Below, piece after piece: positions 37,233 to 39,844 of a stretch of 39,844 nucleotides of DNA (its first letter is position 1; the number at the start of each line of letters is the position of its first letter). The DNA lies in contig CAPZCD010000001.1 in NCBI GenBank assembly GCA_948744995.1, positions 1 through 39,844 on the forward strand. The letters run 5' to 3'. Both the position numbers and the translations under genes were made by a program. Under the pieces are notes generated by a model. It did not search any database and was not told the DNA's origin. It worked only from the letters and a program-made list of their open reading frames with translations. The DNA is from an uncultured Rickettsiales bacterium (GTDB lineage: Bacteria; Pseudomonadota; Alphaproteobacteria; Rickettsiales; UBA1997).

Positions 37233-39365
37233 ATGTTTTTTGTTATGAATAAAATGTCTATTTTACCATCCATAAGAGACAAAGTTGCTACAGCTTTCAA
37301 AAAGTCTGGTGAGGGATCTTTGTCAAGTTTTTACAAAAGTCTGGAGAAAGTTAAATTTGAAAATGAAAGCGATTTTGCTGAGATGGAGGAGAAAATAAAG
37401 GATATTTTGGCTAAAAATGGTTTGATGAAGGTATTGGAAGAATTTATAAAGTTATCCATAGATAAGAAGATTGAGCGAGATACTAAAGTTAGTTCTAAAA
37501 TATCTATTCAGGAATATATTGATAAAGAGGATTGGCGTATAAATGCTAACGCTAATACCGGTTATAGTAATGCTGGGATGATTAATAATATCTCCGGTAA
37601 GCTTGTTGCTAACTATTGGTTGGATAATGTCTATTCGGAAGAAGAGGGTTCAGCTCATAGAGATGGTGACTATCATATACATGATTTGGATTGCTTAACA
37701 GGCTACTGTGCCGGTTGGTCTCTTAGGGCTTTGTTAGATGAAGGTTTTAATGGTGTAAGAGGAAGAGTTTCAGCTAAAGCTCCCAGACATTTTAGGACAG
37801 CGTTAGGTCAAATGGCAAATTTTTTAGGTATTCTACAGTCTGAATGGGCTGGAGCACAAGCATTTTCTTCATTCGACACTTATTTGGCTCCGTATGTTTT
37901 TAAGGATAATTTAACAGCTAAAGAGGTTAAAGAGGCTATAACTAGTTTTATCTATAATCTTAATGTTCCGGCCAGATGGGGTCAATCTCCATTTACGAAC
38001 GTTACGATGGATTTTACGGTACCGGAAGATTTAAAAAATCAAATTCCTACCTGTAATGGAGCTCATTTGTTTAAGAATGTAAATAATGAAAATTTGTTGA
38101 AGAAGGCTAAGGAAAGAGGCGTTGATTCTTTGGAGGATTTAACCTATAAACATTTCCAAAAGGAGCTGGAAATCATTGATGTGGCGTACTATGAGGTTAT
38201 GACGCATGGTGATGAAGAAGGTCAACCATTTACTTTCCCTATACCAACTGTAAATATAACTGAGGATTTTGATTGGAACACTCCGGCAGCGGATGCTTTA
38301 TTTGAAAATACTGCTAAAGTTGGAAGTTCGTACTTTCAAAATTTTATAGGCAGTCAGTATATGAAAAATGAAAAAGGGGAATTGGTACCTAATCCTGAGG
38401 CTTATAAACCTAATGCAGTTAGAAGTATGTGTTGTAGATTACAGCTGGATTTGAGGGAACTTCTTAAAAGAGGAAATGGACTTTTTGGTTCGGCTGAAAT
38501 GACCGGTTCTATAGGTGTTGTGACTATAAATATGGCCAGACTTGGTTATCTTTGCAAAGATAATAAGGATGCACTGTTTTTCAGATTAACCAGGTTAATG
38601 GATTTGGCTAAATCAACTTTGGAAAAGAAGCGAGTTTTTGTGCAGGAGCTTTATGATAGAGGTTTTTATCCTTATACAAAAAGGTATTTGAAGGGTTTTA
38701 AAAATCATTTTAGTACCATAGGTGTGAATGGGATTAATGAAATGATAAGAAATTTTACCCATGATCGAGAAGATGTGACAAGTGAAAGCGGCATGAAGTT
38801 TGCTATAGAAATTCTGGAATTTATAAGAAATAGGTTGAGAAAATACCAGGAAGAGACGGGTAATTTGTATAATTTGGAAGCTACTCCAGCCGAGGGTACA
38901 ACCTATCGATTTGCTAAAATAGATAAAAATAGATTTCCAGATATAATTCAGGCTGGTTTTGGTAAAAATATATACTATACCAATAGTAGCCAAGTTCCTG
39001 CTAACTTTACGGATGATCCTTTTGAGGCTCTGGATCTTCAAAATGATTTACAGTGTAAATATACGGGTGGAACTGTTTTACATCTGTATATGAGCGAAAG
39101 ATTACCGGATGGTGAGTCAGCTAAAAATCTTGTTAAGAAGGTTTTAACTAACTATAAGCTGCCATATATAACGGTAACTCCGGTTTTCTCGGTATGTACT
39201 AGCCATGGCTATTTGAATGGTGAGCAGCCGCTTTGCCCTAAATGTAGTAAAAAAACGCAGGTTTGGACGAGGGTTATGGGCTATCATAGGCCATTTGATA
39301 GCTTTAATATTGGTAAAAAAGGCGAACATAGTGAGAGGGTTCTGTTTAAAAATGATAAGTGCTAG
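37233..39365 (+). CDS. nrdD: anaerobic ribonucleoside-triphosphate reductase (class III RNR)
   Basis: 710 aa. It has the SMCCRL active-site block, a C-terminal Zn-ribbon-like C..H....CPKC and the glycyl-radical motif TRVMGYHRP. The start could also be ATG 37245 or 37254. No nrdG follows within the remaining 480 nt. Confidence 0.95.
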   Translation: MFFVMNKMSILPSIRDKVATAFKKSGEGSLSSFYKSLEKVKFENESDFAEMEEKIKDILAKNGLMKVLEEFIKLSIDKKIERDTKVSSKISIQEYIDKEDWRINANANTGYSNAGMINNISGKLVANYWLDNVYSEEEGSAHRDGDYHIHDLDCLTGYCAGWSLRALLDEGFNGVRGRVSAKAPRHFRTALGQMANFLGILQSEWAGAQAFSSFDTYLAPYVFKDNLTAKEVKEAITSFIYNLNVPARWGQSPFTNVTMDFTVPEDLKNQIPTCNGAHLFKNVNNENLLKKAKERGVDSLEDLTYKHFQKELEIIDVAYYEVMTHGDEEGQPFTFPIPTVNITEDFDWNTPAADALFENTAKVGSSYFQNFIGSQYMKNEKGELVPNPEAYKPNAVRSMCCRLQLDLRELLKRGNGLFGSAEMTGSIGVVTINMARLGYLCKDNKDALFFRLTRLMDLAKSTLEKKRVFVQELYDRGFYPYTKRYLKGFKNHFSTIGVNGINEMIRNFTHDREDVTSESGMKFAIEILEFIRNRLRKYQEETGNLYNLEATPAEGTTYRFAKIDKNRFPDIIQAGFGKNIYYTNSSQVPANFTDDPFEALDLQNDLQCKYTGGTVLHLYMSERLPDGESAKNLVKKVLTNYKLPYITVTPVFSVCTSHGYLNGEQPLCPKCSKKTQVWTRVMGYHRPFDSFNIGKKGEHSERVLFKNDKC

Positions 39366-39445
39366 TTGCTGTTTTGGTGTAAGCGGTTTGAGATAACCTT
39401 TTGTGTGAAGGGTTTTTATATTAGGGATACTCGTTCAATAATACT

Positions 39446-39592
39446 CCGTATCTTCTTGGTCGGAGTAAAAAATAAGCTCATAGTCATTACTTATAAAGTT
39501 ATATGAATAAGTAAATCTAAACACAAATTTGTGTTTAGATTTAGGTTAGACTAAATACTTCATATGCTTATGTTATAGCTGTTTCTTCCAAG
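39446..39592. repeat. intergenic repeat element, copy B
   Basis: This copy is homologous to 13466-13673 but lacks the ~50-bp segment 13511-13560. It contains a perfect 26-nt palindrome, ATCTAAACACAAATTTGTGTTTAGAT (39515-39540), and a 6-bp hairpin ACTCCG...CGGAGT (39443-39466) at its left edge. Confidence 0.6.
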
Positions 39593-39844
39593 AATACCTA
39601 CCCTATGTAATTTTGTATAGGGGATATTTTTTGTAGCCAAATATAAGTTGAAGTCATCCTTTTTACAATATATAAGATCTGCAGTGAATTATGTAAATCT
39701 AAAAAAGTCTGAAAAACATAGGGAAAAGATTAAAAATACAGAGAATATAGTCTATTAAGAATATTAATTCTAGTATAAGAATGTTTACGCGGGACATCTC
39801 TCTATTTCTTGATTACCTCAATTGATCCCATAATCACCATAATA

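Noticed and set aside
39601-39632. The hairpin CCCTAT-gtaattttgt-ATAGGG followed by GATATTTTTT as the nrdD terminator.
   Set aside because: The stem is only 6 bp with a 10-nt loop, and it lies 236 nt after the stop. It is plausible but too weak to list as a feature.
1-39844. Alternative genetic code (UGA read as Trp or Gly), considered because of the very low GC and several TGA stops (5113, 19737, 21100).
   Set aside because: Trp is encoded by TGG in conserved positions of pnp, gatB and gap. All housekeeping ORFs are full length under code 11, and paralogs end at comparable positions.
1-39844. tRNA, rRNA, tmRNA and CRISPR arrays.
   Set aside because: I scanned the intergenic regions by eye for T-loop-like GGTTCGA/GTTCAAAT motifs and for regularly spaced direct repeats and found none. 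A tRNAscan or Infernal run would be needed to be certain.

Overview
This is a strongly AT-rich bacterial chromosomal window, roughly 70% A+T by eye. It uses the standard code: Trp is TGG and all housekeeping ORFs are intact. The envelope looks diderm, given an OMP-like protein ending in Phe, MltG and an IalB-like protein. The conserved backbone is rpsO-pnp, rnhB, rpe, gatB, typA/bipA, a histidine phosphatase, ruvB, mltG, gap, radC and nrdD. A partial IS1-family transposase sits at the left edge. No tRNA, rRNA or CRISPR was recognised. Four lineage-specific blocks lie between the housekeeping genes. (1) 3.1-6.7 kb holds four tandem paralogous genes for signal-peptide, coiled-coil, single-TM proteins, followed by an OMP-like beta-barrel gene. 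(2) 17.3-21.1 kb holds a secreted protein with a repetitive Gly-rich C-terminal tail and a multi-pass membrane protein gene. Two further tail-plus-membrane-protein cassettes follow, the last one frameshifted and truncated. The layout recalls toxin/immunity orphan-cassette or silent-cassette loci. (3) 23.2-35.6 kb is one 12.4-kb ORF encoding a 4137-aa cysteine-rich giant protein. It has an N-terminal anchor, a central Cys/Ala/Gly-rich hydrophobic block and recurring sushi/EGF-like Cys-Gly-Trp spacing. (4) A class-III-type fic gene is flanked by ~54-bp direct repeats that duplicate the 3' end of radC. A palindrome-containing intergenic repeat occurs twice, at 13.5 kb and 39.5 kb. The giant Cys-rich protein and the Gly-rich tail/membrane-protein cassette array are the best candidates for undescribed biology. 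All functional readings of them are inference and need homology and structure searches that I cannot run.
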